Source of the DNA: an uncultured Gemmatimonadales bacterium
GTDB taxonomy: Bacteria > Gemmatimonadota > Gemmatimonadetes > Gemmatimonadales > Gemmatimonadaceae
Assembly: GCA_963851265.1 (NCBI GenBank)
Contig: CAWKNZ010000007.1
Location: forward strand, 128,001 to 192,000
DNA length: 64,000 nucleotides
Direction of reading: 5' to 3'
A program made the translations under genes and the position numbers. Shown here one piece after another: positions 1 to 9,800 of the stretch; position 1 is the first letter of the stretch; the number at the start of each line of letters is the position of its first letter. Below the pieces are notes generated by a model. The model made no database searches and was not told the DNA's origin. It saw only the letters and a program-made list of their open reading frames with translations.

Positions 1-372
1 CACCAGGAACGCGAACATCCCCATCAGCCGGTCGAGCGCTCCGGGTCCCCACCGGTCCCACGCCGCGAGCAGCACCTCCGTATCCGTACCGGTGCGAAAT
101 GGATAGCTCGCCAGCTCCGCGCGTAGCTCGCGGTAGTTGTAGATCTCGCCGTTGAACACGATCCAGTACCGCCCGTCGTGCGACGCCATCGGTTGGCGCC
201 CCGCGTCGGAGAGATCGAGGATGCTCAGCCGGTTGTGGCCGAGCAGCGCCCGGCCACCCGCATCCTGGTGGATGCCTTGGGCGTCGGGGCCACGGTGGCG
301 CTGGCTGGCCACCATCGCCGTGATCTGCGGGCACTCCCAACCGGCGCCGAACAACCCCGCGATACCGCACAT
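1..372 (-). CDS. asnB: Asparagine synthase (glutamine-hydrolysing)-type amidotransferase, 5' part (runs off window)
   Basis: Manual translation from ATG at 372: MCGIAG...RHRGPD...LGHNRLSILDLSDAGRQPM...VFNGEIYNYRELR...TDTEV; class II glutamine amidotransferase with N-terminal Cys. Confidence 0.9.
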   Translation of the reverse strand, partial: MCGIAGLFGAGWECPQITAMVASQRHRGPDAQGIHQDAGGRALLGHNRLSILDLSDAGRQPMASHDGRYWIVFNGEIYNYRELRAELASYPFRTGTDTEVLLAAWDRWGPGALDRLMGMFAFLV

Positions 373-374
373 GA

Positions 375-587
375 TCAGCGACTCCCGTCGGCGGCGGCGA
401 CGATTCGACGCGGGCCAGTATCGCGCTCGTGTACCGACGCGGGCGCGGGCCTCATCGTGTCGATGACGGCGCGCATCACGGTTGCCAGCGTGCGTGCCGG
501 GTGCCGTCGGGACCGCGGGCGTAGACTGGCCGTCGGAAATCGACCGTTCACGACGGCGCCGTCCACGCGCACCGTATCGCCGGTCAT
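375..587 (-). CDS. Small hypothetical protein (70 aa)
   Basis: Start overlaps the neuA stop (ATGA) and the stop lies 2 nt before the asnB start; no recognisable motif. Confidence 0.4.
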   Translation of the reverse strand: MTGDTVRVDGAVVNGRFPTASLRPRSRRHPARTLATVMRAVIDTMRPAPASVHERDTGPRRIVAAADGSR

Positions 588-1312
588 AGGCCAGCCTGCG
601 CCATCGCCGCCTGCGTCACGCCGAGCCGCTCGACGATGGCTTCAGCCCGCGCCCAGTCGTCGGGCGAATCTATGTTCACGCTCCGCTCGGGATCCATTGT
701 GTAGCCGAGCACCCGCGCGCCGTACAACGAGTCCTGTTGCATCACCACCGCGCAGCGCGACACGTATACCGCGCCGTCCCGGTGGAACGCCGGTGGCAGC
801 GCCTGGCGTCGCGGAATCGGTGTGGCATCGCCGGTCGAGAGCCGCAGCCCACCATCGGGTGCGAGAAGGTAGGTCCAGTGCGGATGGTACTCCGCCGGCA
901 CCGGAAGTACGGAAAGCACCGCGTCGGCTGCCTCCGAATCGAACAGTGCCACGCACGCGTCGATGTCGTCGCTCCGGCGGAACGGGCTCGTCGGCTGTAG
1001 CAGGCAGACAGCGTCATAGTGATCGCCGGTCGCGGCCAGGCGTCGCAGCGCGTCCTGCACGACGGGAAGCGTTGGCGTCGCATCGCGCGCGAGCTCCCCC
1101 GCCCGCATAAACGGTACGTCGAGCCCGAACCGCCGGCCGACGGCAGCCACTTCGCCATCATCCGTACTCAGCACAACGCGTGTGAGCGTGCGTGCCGCGA
1201 GCGCGGCTTCTGCCGTCCAGGCGAGCAGCGGCCGCCCGCCGAGCAGGCGGACGTTCTTGCGCGGGACACCCTTGGAGCCTCCGCGCGCGGGGATGAGTCC
1301 GAGGACACGCAC
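584..1312 (-). CDS. neuA: Acylneuraminate cytidylyltransferase (CMP-nonulosonate synthetase)
   Basis: GLIPARGGSKGVPRKN, STDD, LLQPTSPFR, SVNIDSPDD; GTG start right after the neuC stop. Confidence 0.9.
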   Translation of the reverse strand: MRVLGLIPARGGSKGVPRKNVRLLGGRPLLAWTAEAALAARTLTRVVLSTDDGEVAAVGRRFGLDVPFMRAGELARDATPTLPVVQDALRRLAATGDHYDAVCLLQPTSPFRRSDDIDACVALFDSEAADAVLSVLPVPAEYHPHWTYLLAPDGGLRLSTGDATPIPRRQALPPAFHRDGAVYVSRCAVVMQQDSLYGARVLGYTMDPERSVNIDSPDDWARAEAIVERLGVTQAAMAQAGL

Positions 1313-1313
1313 G

Positions 1314-2465
1314 TCAGTAGGTGAGCCGCTTGTCGATCCCGAGCACCTCGCCGGCCAGCAGGGCCGCGATACGTGTGCCGGCATGTCCGTCGCCGTACAG
1401 CGGGTCGCTCGGATACAGCCCGTTGGCGAGATGCCGATCGATCGCGGCGCCGATCTCGTCGCGTGCATATCCGACGTCAATCACGTTCGCGCCGCGGTCG
1501 CGTCCCACCTGTCGCGTCCCGACGTTCACGACCGGCACCCCGAGGAACGAGCACTCGCGAACCCCCACGCTCGAGTTGCCGACGAGCAGCTTGGCGTTGC
1601 AGAGGAGCCGCAGGAAATCCAGCGACGCCATGTTCTTGAAGAAGTGCATCTGCCGCGGCTTGCGCTGCTCGCGAAAGCTCCGGATCGCGCCCGACGTGCC
1701 GTCGGATCCCGCGTCGACGTTCGGCCAGAACCAGAGCACCGGCAGACCCACCTGGTCCGCGGCTTCGAGCGTCTCGACGGTCTGCGCCCGCGCTGCCTCG
1801 TACTCTGTGGTGACCGGGTGCTGGAGGACGACGATGTAGCCGGCGGAGAGGTCCTGCCGCGCGCCGACCCCACCGTACGTGTCGAACGGGTCGAACGTGA
1901 GGGCCGGGTCGCACGCGACCTGTGCGGCGAGATCGATGCTGGGGCATCCGGTCACGTGCACCGCGCTTGCACGCTCGCCCATCCGGAGCAGGCGCTCGGC
2001 GGCGGGTTGACACGATACGAGGTGTAGGTCCGCGAGCTTCGTCACCGCGTGTCGGACTTTCTCGTCGATGGAGCCGGTCACCTCGCCACCCTGCACGTGC
2101 GCGAGCGGGATGTTCATGTATGCCGCCGCGACGGCCGTGGCGATCGTCTCGAACCGATCGGCGATGGTTACCACGACGTCGGGCTGCATGTTGTCAAAGA
2201 CCGTCGTGAGTTCCATCAGGCCGATGCCCGCCGTCTTCGCCATCGCGGCCAGGTGTCCGCCTTCGAGAACCATGTGCACGCGCGCGGCAACCTCGAATCC
2301 GTCACGCTCGATGAAATCGATCGCCGTCCCATACCGGTCGAGCAGCGCTGACGCCGCAACGACGAGCCGCAGCTCGGTCCCCGGATGCGCCTGGATCGCC
2401 TGAAGTGCGGTCTTGATCCGGCTGTAGCTGGGACGAGCGGTGACGACGACGCAGACCGTGCGCAT
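1314..2465 (-). CDS. neuC: Hydrolysing UDP/GDP-N-acetylglucosamine 2-epimerase
   Basis: MRTVCVVVTARPSYSRIK, ADRFET, HVQGGEVTGSIDEKVRHAVTKLA, GNSSVG, NVGTRQ. Confidence 0.9.
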   Translation of the reverse strand: MRTVCVVVTARPSYSRIKTALQAIQAHPGTELRLVVAASALLDRYGTAIDFIERDGFEVAARVHMVLEGGHLAAMAKTAGIGLMELTTVFDNMQPDVVVTIADRFETIATAVAAAYMNIPLAHVQGGEVTGSIDEKVRHAVTKLADLHLVSCQPAAERLLRMGERASAVHVTGCPSIDLAAQVACDPALTFDPFDTYGGVGARQDLSAGYIVVLQHPVTTEYEAARAQTVETLEAADQVGLPVLWFWPNVDAGSDGTSGAIRSFREQRKPRQMHFFKNMASLDFLRLLCNAKLLVGNSSVGVRECSFLGVPVVNVGTRQVGRDRGANVIDVGYARDEIGAAIDRHLANGLYPSDPLYGDGHAGTRIAALLAGEVLGIDKRLTY

Positions 2466-2482
2466 GGGAAGGGGCTCGGCGT

Positions 2483-3571
2483 TTACGTCGGGAAAACGAC
2501 ATCGGACGCGGCGAGCAGCTCGTCGCGGGCCATCGCGCGCGTGAGGGTCGCACCGACCAGATCCGAGAGACGGTCGGCCGGGATGCCTGTTCCGGGCTTC
2601 TTCGCGGCTAAATGCGTCCGCTGTAGGACCGTGCCGGCGACGAGCGGCACGCGCGCGACGACGCTCTTCGTGAAAAGCGTACGCATGGCCGCCGTCTCGG
2701 CCGACGCCACGTCTTTGTCGACCGGGTGCGCCAGCATGCGCTCGCACGCGCGCACGCCGGCGACGAGCTGCGCGAACTCGGCGCTCGTGACCGATGCCGG
2801 CACGTCGGGGCCGAACATCTCGCGGCTGAGTGTGAGGTGTACCTCGACCACGTCCGCGCCTAACGTAGCCGCCGCAATCGCCGGCCAGATCGTCCCGGAG
2901 TGATCCGACAGGCCGACGGCACAACCGTAGCGCGCGCGGTACTCGGGAAGCAGGTTCAGGCCTACGCGCTCCGGGGGGCAGGGGTACGCCGACGTGCACT
3001 GCAAGACGGCGAACGGCGCGTCCGCGGCTCGGATCCGGGCGACGGCGGCGTCGAGCTCCGCCCAATCGCTCATCCCCGACGAGAGCAGGACCGGGATGCC
3101 CGATCGTGCCATTCGGTCGAGCACCGCGCCATTCGCCACCTCGCCCGAAGCAACCTTCCACGCGCAGGTTCCGACGCGCTCCAGCAACTCCATCGCGTCC
3201 AGCGAGAATGGCGTGCTGAGAAAGAGCAGCCCGCGTTCGGTCGCGTGCGCGCGAAGACCCGCCCACTCGGGTTCCGTGAACTCCATGCGGCGCCAGTACG
3301 CGTAGCGCGAGACGTCCTGCGGGCTGAACCGCACGCGCCAGGGCTCGCTCGGCGTGCTCTCCGCGTCCGCAATGTGCGTCTGGAACTTGACAACGTCGGC
3401 ACCCGCAACGGCCGCGGCGTCGACGAACGCATGCGCGAGTCCAAGGCTGCCGTCATGCGCCTGCGCGACTTCCGCGATGAGCAGACACCGTCCCGCGTCG
3501 GGAGGGAGTCCGGCAGCCCCGCGGAGTCGTGCGCGGAGCGAGGTCACGCCGGCGACGGGCTCAGACCGCAT
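2483..3571 (-). CDS. neuB: N-acetylneuraminate/nonulosonate synthase with C-terminal SAF domain
   Basis: IAEVAQAHDGS, VKFQTH, STPFS, KVASGE, QCTSAYP, GLSDHS, KKPGTGI; start could also be GTG 3547. Confidence 0.9.
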   Translation of the reverse strand: MRSEPVAGVTSLRARLRGAAGLPPDAGRCLLIAEVAQAHDGSLGLAHAFVDAAAVAGADVVKFQTHIADAESTPSEPWRVRFSPQDVSRYAYWRRMEFTEPEWAGLRAHATERGLLFLSTPFSLDAMELLERVGTCAWKVASGEVANGAVLDRMARSGIPVLLSSGMSDWAELDAAVARIRAADAPFAVLQCTSAYPCPPERVGLNLLPEYRARYGCAVGLSDHSGTIWPAIAAATLGADVVEVHLTLSREMFGPDVPASVTSAEFAQLVAGVRACERMLAHPVDKDVASAETAAMRTLFTKSVVARVPLVAGTVLQRTHLAAKKPGTGIPADRLSDLVGATLTRAMARDELLAASDVVFPT

Positions 3572-4469
3572 CGGCGAACGTCCGCTCCATGCGGCGGAAG
3601 TAGAACGCGCCCGACACGAGCAGTAGCGCGGCCGAGACGGACGAAACGGCGAGAGTGGCGACCGGGGCCCCACGTCCGCTCCCGAAAAGCGCCCAACGGA
3701 AGCCGTCGACGACGCCGACCATGGGGTTCACGGCGTACAGCGAGCGCCACGGACCGCGGACCAGACTGCTCGGGTACGCGACCGGCGTCGCGAACATCCA
3801 GATCTGCGTGAGAAATGGGACCACGTACCGCACGTCGCGGTAACGTACGTTCATCGCCGAGAGCCACAGCCCGACTCCAAGCGCCGCCGCCAGCGCAAGC
3901 ACCACGAGCGCCGGCAACGTCGTGACAGCGAGCGTTGGGCGTACGCCGTAATAGGCCATCATCGCGAACAACAGTCCGAGGGCGATCGCGAGGTCGACCA
4001 GGCCGACGAGCACCGTTGCAATCGGCACGGCCAGGCGCGGGAAGTACACCTTCTTCAGCAGCGTCGCGCTGCCAACGAGCGCGTTGGATGCGTTGGTCAG
4101 TCCGGACGCGAAGAACGTCCACGGCACGAGTGCGGCGAAGCTGAAGATCGGGTACGGAATCCCGTCCGAGGGCACCTTCGCGAGCTTGCCGAAGAACACG
4201 CTGAACACGACCATCGTCAGAAACGGCTGCAGCAGCGCCCAGGCTGCCCCGAGTGCCGTCTGCTTGTAGCGCACCTTTACGTCGCGCCAGGCGAAGAAGA
4301 AGAGCAGCTCCCGGTGTTCGACGAGTTCGCGCAGTTGCAACGCCCGCCACCCGGTCGTGGCCTCGATGCGCCGCTCGATCCCAGTCGCGACCGTCGTCCC
4401 CGCGGGGCCAACGCCGGGGCCGGGCGGTGGCCCCGAGTAGAGGCCATGCGTGAGTGAGATCGAGAACAT
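3561..4469 (-). CDS. wzm: ABC-2 polysaccharide export permease (Wzm/RfbA-like)
   Basis: RELLFFFAWRDVKVRYKQTALGAAWALLQP, KKVYFPR, RYRDV, TPVAYP, NPMVGVVDGFR; start uncertain. Confidence 0.85.
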   Translation of the reverse strand: MFSISLTHGLYSGPPPGPGVGPAGTTVATGIERRIEATTGWRALQLRELVEHRELLFFFAWRDVKVRYKQTALGAAWALLQPFLTMVVFSVFFGKLAKVPSDGIPYPIFSFAALVPWTFFASGLTNASNALVGSATLLKKVYFPRLAVPIATVLVGLVDLAIALGLLFAMMAYYGVRPTLAVTTLPALVVLALAAALGVGLWLSAMNVRYRDVRYVVPFLTQIWMFATPVAYPSSLVRGPWRSLYAVNPMVGVVDGFRWALFGSGRGAPVATLAVSSVSAALLLVSGAFYFRRMERTFADAV

Positions 4470-4770
4470 GAGCGGGGGTGACGGCAGGACGCGCGCGAGC
4501 GACGTGCGGCTCGGCTCGTGGCGGCGGGGAGGGCGGAACGACGGACGGAGATGCGCAGATCGACCCATCAGTCGAGTGCCAGGCGACCGGCATCTTCCAT
4601 TCCCAGATGACGACTGCGAAAGCCAATCCAAGTACTTCACAGACAAAGACTTGGCGCGTACCGCGCGCCCGGTCGCGATCGTACCGAGAGCGAGTGTCAG
4701 CGCGGTACCGCACAACTGTCAGGTACGCGCCGCAACTGCGCCCAGAGCGCGCGTCGTCGTGGGGCTTGGG

Positions 4771-6315
4771 TCAGGCCGCGCTCGGCTGCTCACCCATCGC
4801 GCTCGCCGGAATGTCGTCGTCTCGCCGCACGATGCCGTACCGCTCGACGAGGCGATACAGCGTCGTGCGGTCCATGCTCGCGATACGCGACGCTTTCGAG
4901 AGATTCCCGCCCGCTCGCACGACGAGCCGCGAGAGGTAGAGCCGATCGAACTCGGCGACGATCTCGTCTCTTCCCGGGTAATAATCACGTTCGAGCAGCC
5001 GACGCGGGATCGTGATCTCGCCGCCGCTCTCGACGGGCTCGTCGTAACACGGGACCTCGTCGACGCGCAGCGTCGCGCCCGGCTGCGCCATGACGGCCAG
5101 GTATTCGACGACGTTCTGAAGTTCGCGGACGTTCCCGTACCAAGGACGGGAGGCGAGAAAGCTCAGCGTCGATGGCGCGAAGCATGGCGGCCGGTGCTCG
5201 TGCCCGCGGAACTTCCGCCACGCCGACGCGAGGAAGTGTTGCGCGAGCAGCGGAACGTCCTCCGGACGGTCGCGCAGCGCTGGGAGCTTGATGAGCACGA
5301 CGCGCAATCGATAGAACAGATCCTTGCGCAGCAGGCCCCGCCGGACGGCCTCGTGGGGTTCCACGTTGGTGGCCGAGACGAAACGCACGTCGACCTGGGC
5401 GTCGTTCTGCTCGCTCCCGACGCGCCGGACGATGCCGTCCTGCACGACGCGCAGCAGCTTGGCCTGTAGCCGCGGCGACATCTCGGTGAATTCGTCCAGC
5501 AAGAACGTCCCACCGTGCGCGGTTTCGAGCAGTCCAACCTTTTCACGCTCGGCACCGGTGAACGCCCCGCGACGGTGGCCGAGCAGCTCGCTCTCGAGCA
5601 ACGCCTCCGGCAGGGCGGCGCAGTTTACCGGTACGAGCGGCTTGGCCGAGCGCCGGCTGTGGCGGTGGATCAGGTTCGCGATCACCTCCTTCCCGGTCCC
5701 GCTCTCCCCGTAGATCATCACCGAGGCGTCACTTGGAGCAACGCGCAACGCCATCTCGACAGCGGCTCGAAACGCCGGCGCGGTGCCAACGCACGATGTC
5801 CGTCCCTCGGCCGGAGACGCTGCGCGAAACGTCGTCCCGCCGCGCGTGCGCGCTCCCTCGCTGCTCGATTGTGCAGTGGCCTGGATCGCTCGTCCGAGCA
5901 GGACGCCCAGGTGGTCTGGCGTGAACGGCTTCAGCAAGTATTCCCACGCGCCGTTCCGGACGACGTCGGCGTTCGCCTCGATCGCGGGGGTCCCGGTGGT
6001 GACGACCACGAGAGCGCTTGGGAGCGCGACGTGGATTGCCCCCACCAGTCCGGCGCCATCCGGCGACAGGTCGAGATCGACGAGTACGAGGTCGAACGCC
6101 GCCGCGTGCACGCGCTCCAACGCTTCCGGCCCGCTGCGTGCCGTGTGCACGCTGCATCCCGTTGTGCGAAAGAATCCAGCACAGCCCTCGCGCAACGCAC
6201 GGTCCGCCTCGACGATGAGGACGCGGAGCGCGTTCCGCTCGCGCGGCGCGTCGGAGACATCGTGGACGGCGCGTTCCGCGTCATCACCGGATCGAAGCAG
6301 GACGCGGGCAGACAT
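4771..6315 (-). CDS. Sigma-54-dependent response regulator (NtrC family: receiver, AAA+, Fis HTH)
   Basis: GESGTGKE, NCAALPE, GAFTGA, LLDE, LFYRL, WYGNVRELQN, C-terminal GNLSKASRIASMDRTTLYR; start uncertain. Confidence 0.9.
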   Translation of the reverse strand: MSARVLLRSGDDAERAVHDVSDAPRERNALRVLIVEADRALREGCAGFFRTTGCSVHTARSGPEALERVHAAAFDLVLVDLDLSPDGAGLVGAIHVALPSALVVVTTGTPAIEANADVVRNGAWEYLLKPFTPDHLGVLLGRAIQATAQSSSEGARTRGGTTFRAASPAEGRTSCVGTAPAFRAAVEMALRVAPSDASVMIYGESGTGKEVIANLIHRHSRRSAKPLVPVNCAALPEALLESELLGHRRGAFTGAEREKVGLLETAHGGTFLLDEFTEMSPRLQAKLLRVVQDGIVRRVGSEQNDAQVDVRFVSATNVEPHEAVRRGLLRKDLFYRLRVVLIKLPALRDRPEDVPLLAQHFLASAWRKFRGHEHRPPCFAPSTLSFLASRPWYGNVRELQNVVEYLAVMAQPGATLRVDEVPCYDEPVESGGEITIPRRLLERDYYPGRDEIVAEFDRLYLSRLVVRAGGNLSKASRIASMDRTTLYRLVERYGIVRRDDDIPASAMGEQPSAA

Positions 6316-6817
6316 TCGAGGAGGGGAGTTGCCGGGGCAGGTGGAGGGCGGCTGTGACGCCGGCCCAGATGCGGCGCCGCGACAATGTGAACCGATCGTC
6401 ATTTCCGCAATACGCGATTTCGGCGAACAGCGGACCTATCAGCTGGCCCTGTACGACGATGACACGCTGAGGCGGAATCGTTGCGTCAGAAGCTTACGAT
6501 CCAATCGCTTTGGTGGGATAACGCACACCATGACGCGTCGACCGTCTGACCGCGAGATGTTGCGCCGTAGTACGGTCGCCGTGCGCGTACGAGCGCTCCG
6601 GTATCCCTCGATACGCTGGCTGCAATGGGGCATCTGCGCCGGCCGGTCGCCGATGCCAAGGGTCGCCGCGGCGGTGGCCGGATCGTCGTCGCTGTTGTGG
6701 TGTTACTGATTCACGTCTTGGATTCGATCGGCGTGATCCAGGCGCGGACACGTCCTCTCGCTTGCTCGTCGGCTCACCATCGGCTGCGCGTAGGCCAGTG
6801 CAGGAGACAGCCCCATC

Positions 6818-8446
6818 GTGAGGTTTGGGATCAGTGCCGGAATGCTGGCCCGCGTCTGTGGTGCAGTGTGCTTCGGTGCGGTGCTCTGCGCCTGTCGTGG
6901 CGACGGACCGGCGGATCCGGCGGCTCCGCCCGGCTCCGCGTCGACGGCGGTACACCAGGGGTACTATGTGGCACCAAGCGGAACGGCCACAGGCACGGGA
7001 CGCATGGATGATCCGTGGGACCTCACGACGGCGCTCGCGCAGCCGAGCGTCGTGCAGGCGGGTGATACCCTTTGGCTGCGTGGGGGCCAGTATCGGGGCG
7101 AATTCGTCAGCCGAATCTCGGGCGCCACGGACCGTCCCATCGTCGTGCGGCAAGCGCCTGGCGAGCGCGCGACGATCGATGGTCGTCTCACGATCGAGGG
7201 ACAGAACGCGTACTACTGGGGGTTCGAGGTCACGTACTCGGACCCGACCCGCGTCACCGATCAACCTGGCTCAGATCCGGCGCATCTCGCGCGCGCGCGG
7301 ATGACCGTTCTCGTCAGCGGGTCGCACGTGAAACTCATCAACCTGGTCGTCCATGACTTGGGCGACGGTCTCTTTTCCGGCGCCGCTGCGCAAGGACTCG
7401 AGGTCTACGGGAGTTTGTTCTACAACAACGGCTGGCTCGCGCCGGACGGCGTGAAAGGGCACAACCTGTATCTGCAGAACGACGGCGAACAGAAGACCAT
7501 CGCCGACAACGTCGCGTTCAATTCCTTCGCCTACGGCCTACACCTCTACGGGAGTGACGCCGCGACCCTCTACAACTTCCGGGTCGAAGGCAACACGATC
7601 TTCAACAGCGGAATCGGCGGTGGTGTGGCAACCGGTGGGCTGCCCAACATTCTGATGCGTGGCGCGGACGGGCGCTTCGGCCGTAGCGCATTTATCGACA
7701 ACAATCTGTACCAGGACACGGGTCTCGCCACGAGCGTGCAATTCGGTGCTGCCGGCGAGCAGCCCGGCGAGGACATCGAGTTCCGCGGCAACACGGTCCA
7801 GGGTCCGCTCAGCTTCAACGAATCGCGCCGGTACGTTGTCAGCAGCAACCGCGTGACGTCTGGATCCGGCGTGCTGAGCGATGAGACGGTGCTCGTCGGA
7901 TATCGGCCGCCCGGCGCGGACACCGCTCGCAGCACGTTTCAAACGAATCGATGGGACGGTAACGTGTACGCGTCTCCACCCGGCAACACGCAGGACCCGT
8001 TCTTCGTGGGTTTCTCGCCCGACGCTCCGACGTTGCGTTTTGACGAATGGCGACGCCGGACCGGCTTCGACGTCACCAGCACGTACGTCGCCGGCCCGCT
8101 GCCAGCCGACGCCGCGCGTGACATCGTGGTCCGCCCGAATCGGTATGAGCCCGGCCGTGCGCTCATCACGATCTGGAATCTCAGCAACGCCGGGGTCGCC
8201 GGGGTGAACGTGTCGGGCGTGCTGCGGCCCGGCGACCGGTACGAGGTCCACCATGTGTACGACGTTTTCGGCCCGGCCGTGACGACCGGGACGTACGTCG
8301 GCGGCGACATCGAACTGCCACTGACGCCGCGTCTCGCGCCGGCTCCGATCGGCCTGGGAACATCGGGGCATCCGTCGAACGCGTTTCAGGTGTTCGTGCT
8401 TCGAGCCCTTCAACCCTCTCGTGTGCAGGGGCTGCTGAGGCCGTAG
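6818..8446 (+). CDS. Secreted lipoprotein with right-handed parallel beta-helix (polysaccharide lyase-like)
   Basis: Lipobox-like LCA-C; YYVAPSG...PW...AGDTLWLRGGQY; repeated N/G-rich beta-helix strands (FYNNG, GHNLYLQN, EGNTIFNSG). Confidence 0.7.
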   Translation: MRFGISAGMLARVCGAVCFGAVLCACRGDGPADPAAPPGSASTAVHQGYYVAPSGTATGTGRMDDPWDLTTALAQPSVVQAGDTLWLRGGQYRGEFVSRISGATDRPIVVRQAPGERATIDGRLTIEGQNAYYWGFEVTYSDPTRVTDQPGSDPAHLARARMTVLVSGSHVKLINLVVHDLGDGLFSGAAAQGLEVYGSLFYNNGWLAPDGVKGHNLYLQNDGEQKTIADNVAFNSFAYGLHLYGSDAATLYNFRVEGNTIFNSGIGGGVATGGLPNILMRGADGRFGRSAFIDNNLYQDTGLATSVQFGAAGEQPGEDIEFRGNTVQGPLSFNESRRYVVSSNRVTSGSGVLSDETVLVGYRPPGADTARSTFQTNRWDGNVYASPPGNTQDPFFVGFSPDAPTLRFDEWRRRTGFDVTSTYVAGPLPADAARDIVVRPNRYEPGRALITIWNLSNAGVAGVNVSGVLRPGDRYEVHHVYDVFGPAVTTGTYVGGDIELPLTPRLAPAPIGLGTSGHPSNAFQVFVLRALQPSRVQGLLRP

Positions 8447-8568
8447 CCGTTGCCCGGCGAGAGCATCCCGACGCGCCAGCTCGTCGGTGTGCTGCGCCTC
8501 GCCCACGAGCAGTCCCACGGCGAGCGCGAAGCACTTACCGGCGGTTTCGCAACTCGATTAGCGGTCCG

Positions 8569-8898
8569 GTGCTCGATGCTATCCCGCCGCTCACGACGGG
8601 GCGGCGCTGCCGCCCACGCCGGCGCCCCGTCAAGCTCCACGCCGACAAGGGCTTCCACCACCGGCGCTGCCGCGACGCACTGCGTGCAGCGCGGGATCAA
8701 GCACCGAATCGCGCGCAAAGGGATCGAGTCGAAGACGCACCTGGGGCGTAGCCGCTGGGTGGTGGAACGCATATCTGCGCGGATCGCGCGCTACCGACGG
8801 CTCACGATCCGCTATGAGCGGCTGGTCGCGACGCACCGCGCCTTCCTGCATCTCGGCTTCGCCTCAACTACCTACAACGGTTGGGAAACCGTCAGTAA
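8569..8898 (+). pseudogene. IS5-family transposase C-terminal remnant, frameshifted
   Basis: LDAIPP...RPRRRPVKLHADKGF in one frame continues as RGIKHRIARKGIES..LGRSRWVVER..ARYRRLTIRYER..HRAFLHLG in another; N-terminal half absent. Confidence 0.85.
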
Positions 8899-8939
8899 GT
8901 TCGCCGTACCGCCGCACACGCCCTTCCGACCCGTTACCC

Positions 8940-9764
8940 GTGCCCGACACGCCTCACGTCCTGCCCGCGGCCGCGCCGGCCGCCCGAGCGTTCGAGGGGC
9001 GCGTCGCGCTCGTCACGGGCGGCGGGTCCGGCATCGGTCGCGCGTCCGCGCTCGCCTTCGCGCGCCTCGGCGCCCGCCTCGTGCTCGGCGACGTGAGCGA
9101 GGAGGGCCTCGCCGCGACGCGCGCGCTGCTCGGAGGCGAGGGCGTGGCGGCCGCGGGCGTGCGCACGGCCCGCACCGACGTGCGCCGCGACGACGAGGTG
9201 GCCGCACTCGTCGCGCTCGCGGCCGACGGCTTCGGGCGGCTCGACTTCGCGCTCAACGCCGCCGGCGTCGGCGGGGTCGAGGCGCGCGCGGCCGACTACC
9301 CCGAAGACGACTGGGTGCGCACGCTGGACATCAACCTCACCGGCGTCTGGCGCTCGATGCGTCACGAATTGCCCGCGATGCTCGCCACCGTGCAGGCGCA
9401 CGGCGGGACGGCGTCGCTCGTGAACGTGGCCTCGATCGCCGGGGTGAACGGCTTCCCGAAGCACGTCGCCTACGCGGCGAGCAAGCACGGCGTGGTCGGG
9501 CTCACGCGCTCCGCGGCGCTCGAGTACGCGCAGGCCGGCGTGCGCGTCAACGCGCTCTGCCCGGGGTTCACCGCGACCCCGATGGTCGAGCAGATCACGC
9601 GCGGCGACGCCGGGCGCGAGGCGCGGCTCGCGTCGCGGGTGCCGTTAGGCAGACTCGGCGCGGCCGAGGAGATCGCGGCGGCGGCGGTGTACCTGTGTTC
9701 CGACGCGGCCGCGTTCATGGTGGGTCACGCGCTCGTGCTGGACGGGGGCATCACCGCGGCGTGA
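8940..9764 (+). CDS. SDR family oxidoreductase
   Basis: VTGGGSGIG, NAAG, YAASKHG, VRVNALCPG, VLDGG. Confidence 0.92.
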   Translation: MPDTPHVLPAAAPAARAFEGRVALVTGGGSGIGRASALAFARLGARLVLGDVSEEGLAATRALLGGEGVAAAGVRTARTDVRRDDEVAALVALAADGFGRLDFALNAAGVGGVEARAADYPEDDWVRTLDINLTGVWRSMRHELPAMLATVQAHGGTASLVNVASIAGVNGFPKHVAYAASKHGVVGLTRSAALEYAQAGVRVNALCPGFTATPMVEQITRGDAGREARLASRVPLGRLGAAEEIAAAAVYLCSDAAAFMVGHALVLDGGITAA

Positions 9765-9800
9765 GGCGGCCGCCGCGCGGCGCGCCGCCTCACGCCGCCG

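Noticed and set aside
1..587. AsnB-like gene plus small ORF as a lasso peptide system
   Set aside because: The enzyme keeps the N-terminal Cys glutaminase domain, lies in a sugar locus, and no B protein or lasso leader motif is visible.
4560..4670. Sigma-54 promoter upstream of wzm
   Set aside because: TGGCAC on the minus strand lacks a correctly spaced -12 GC; other GG-N10-GC matches are weak or face the wrong way.
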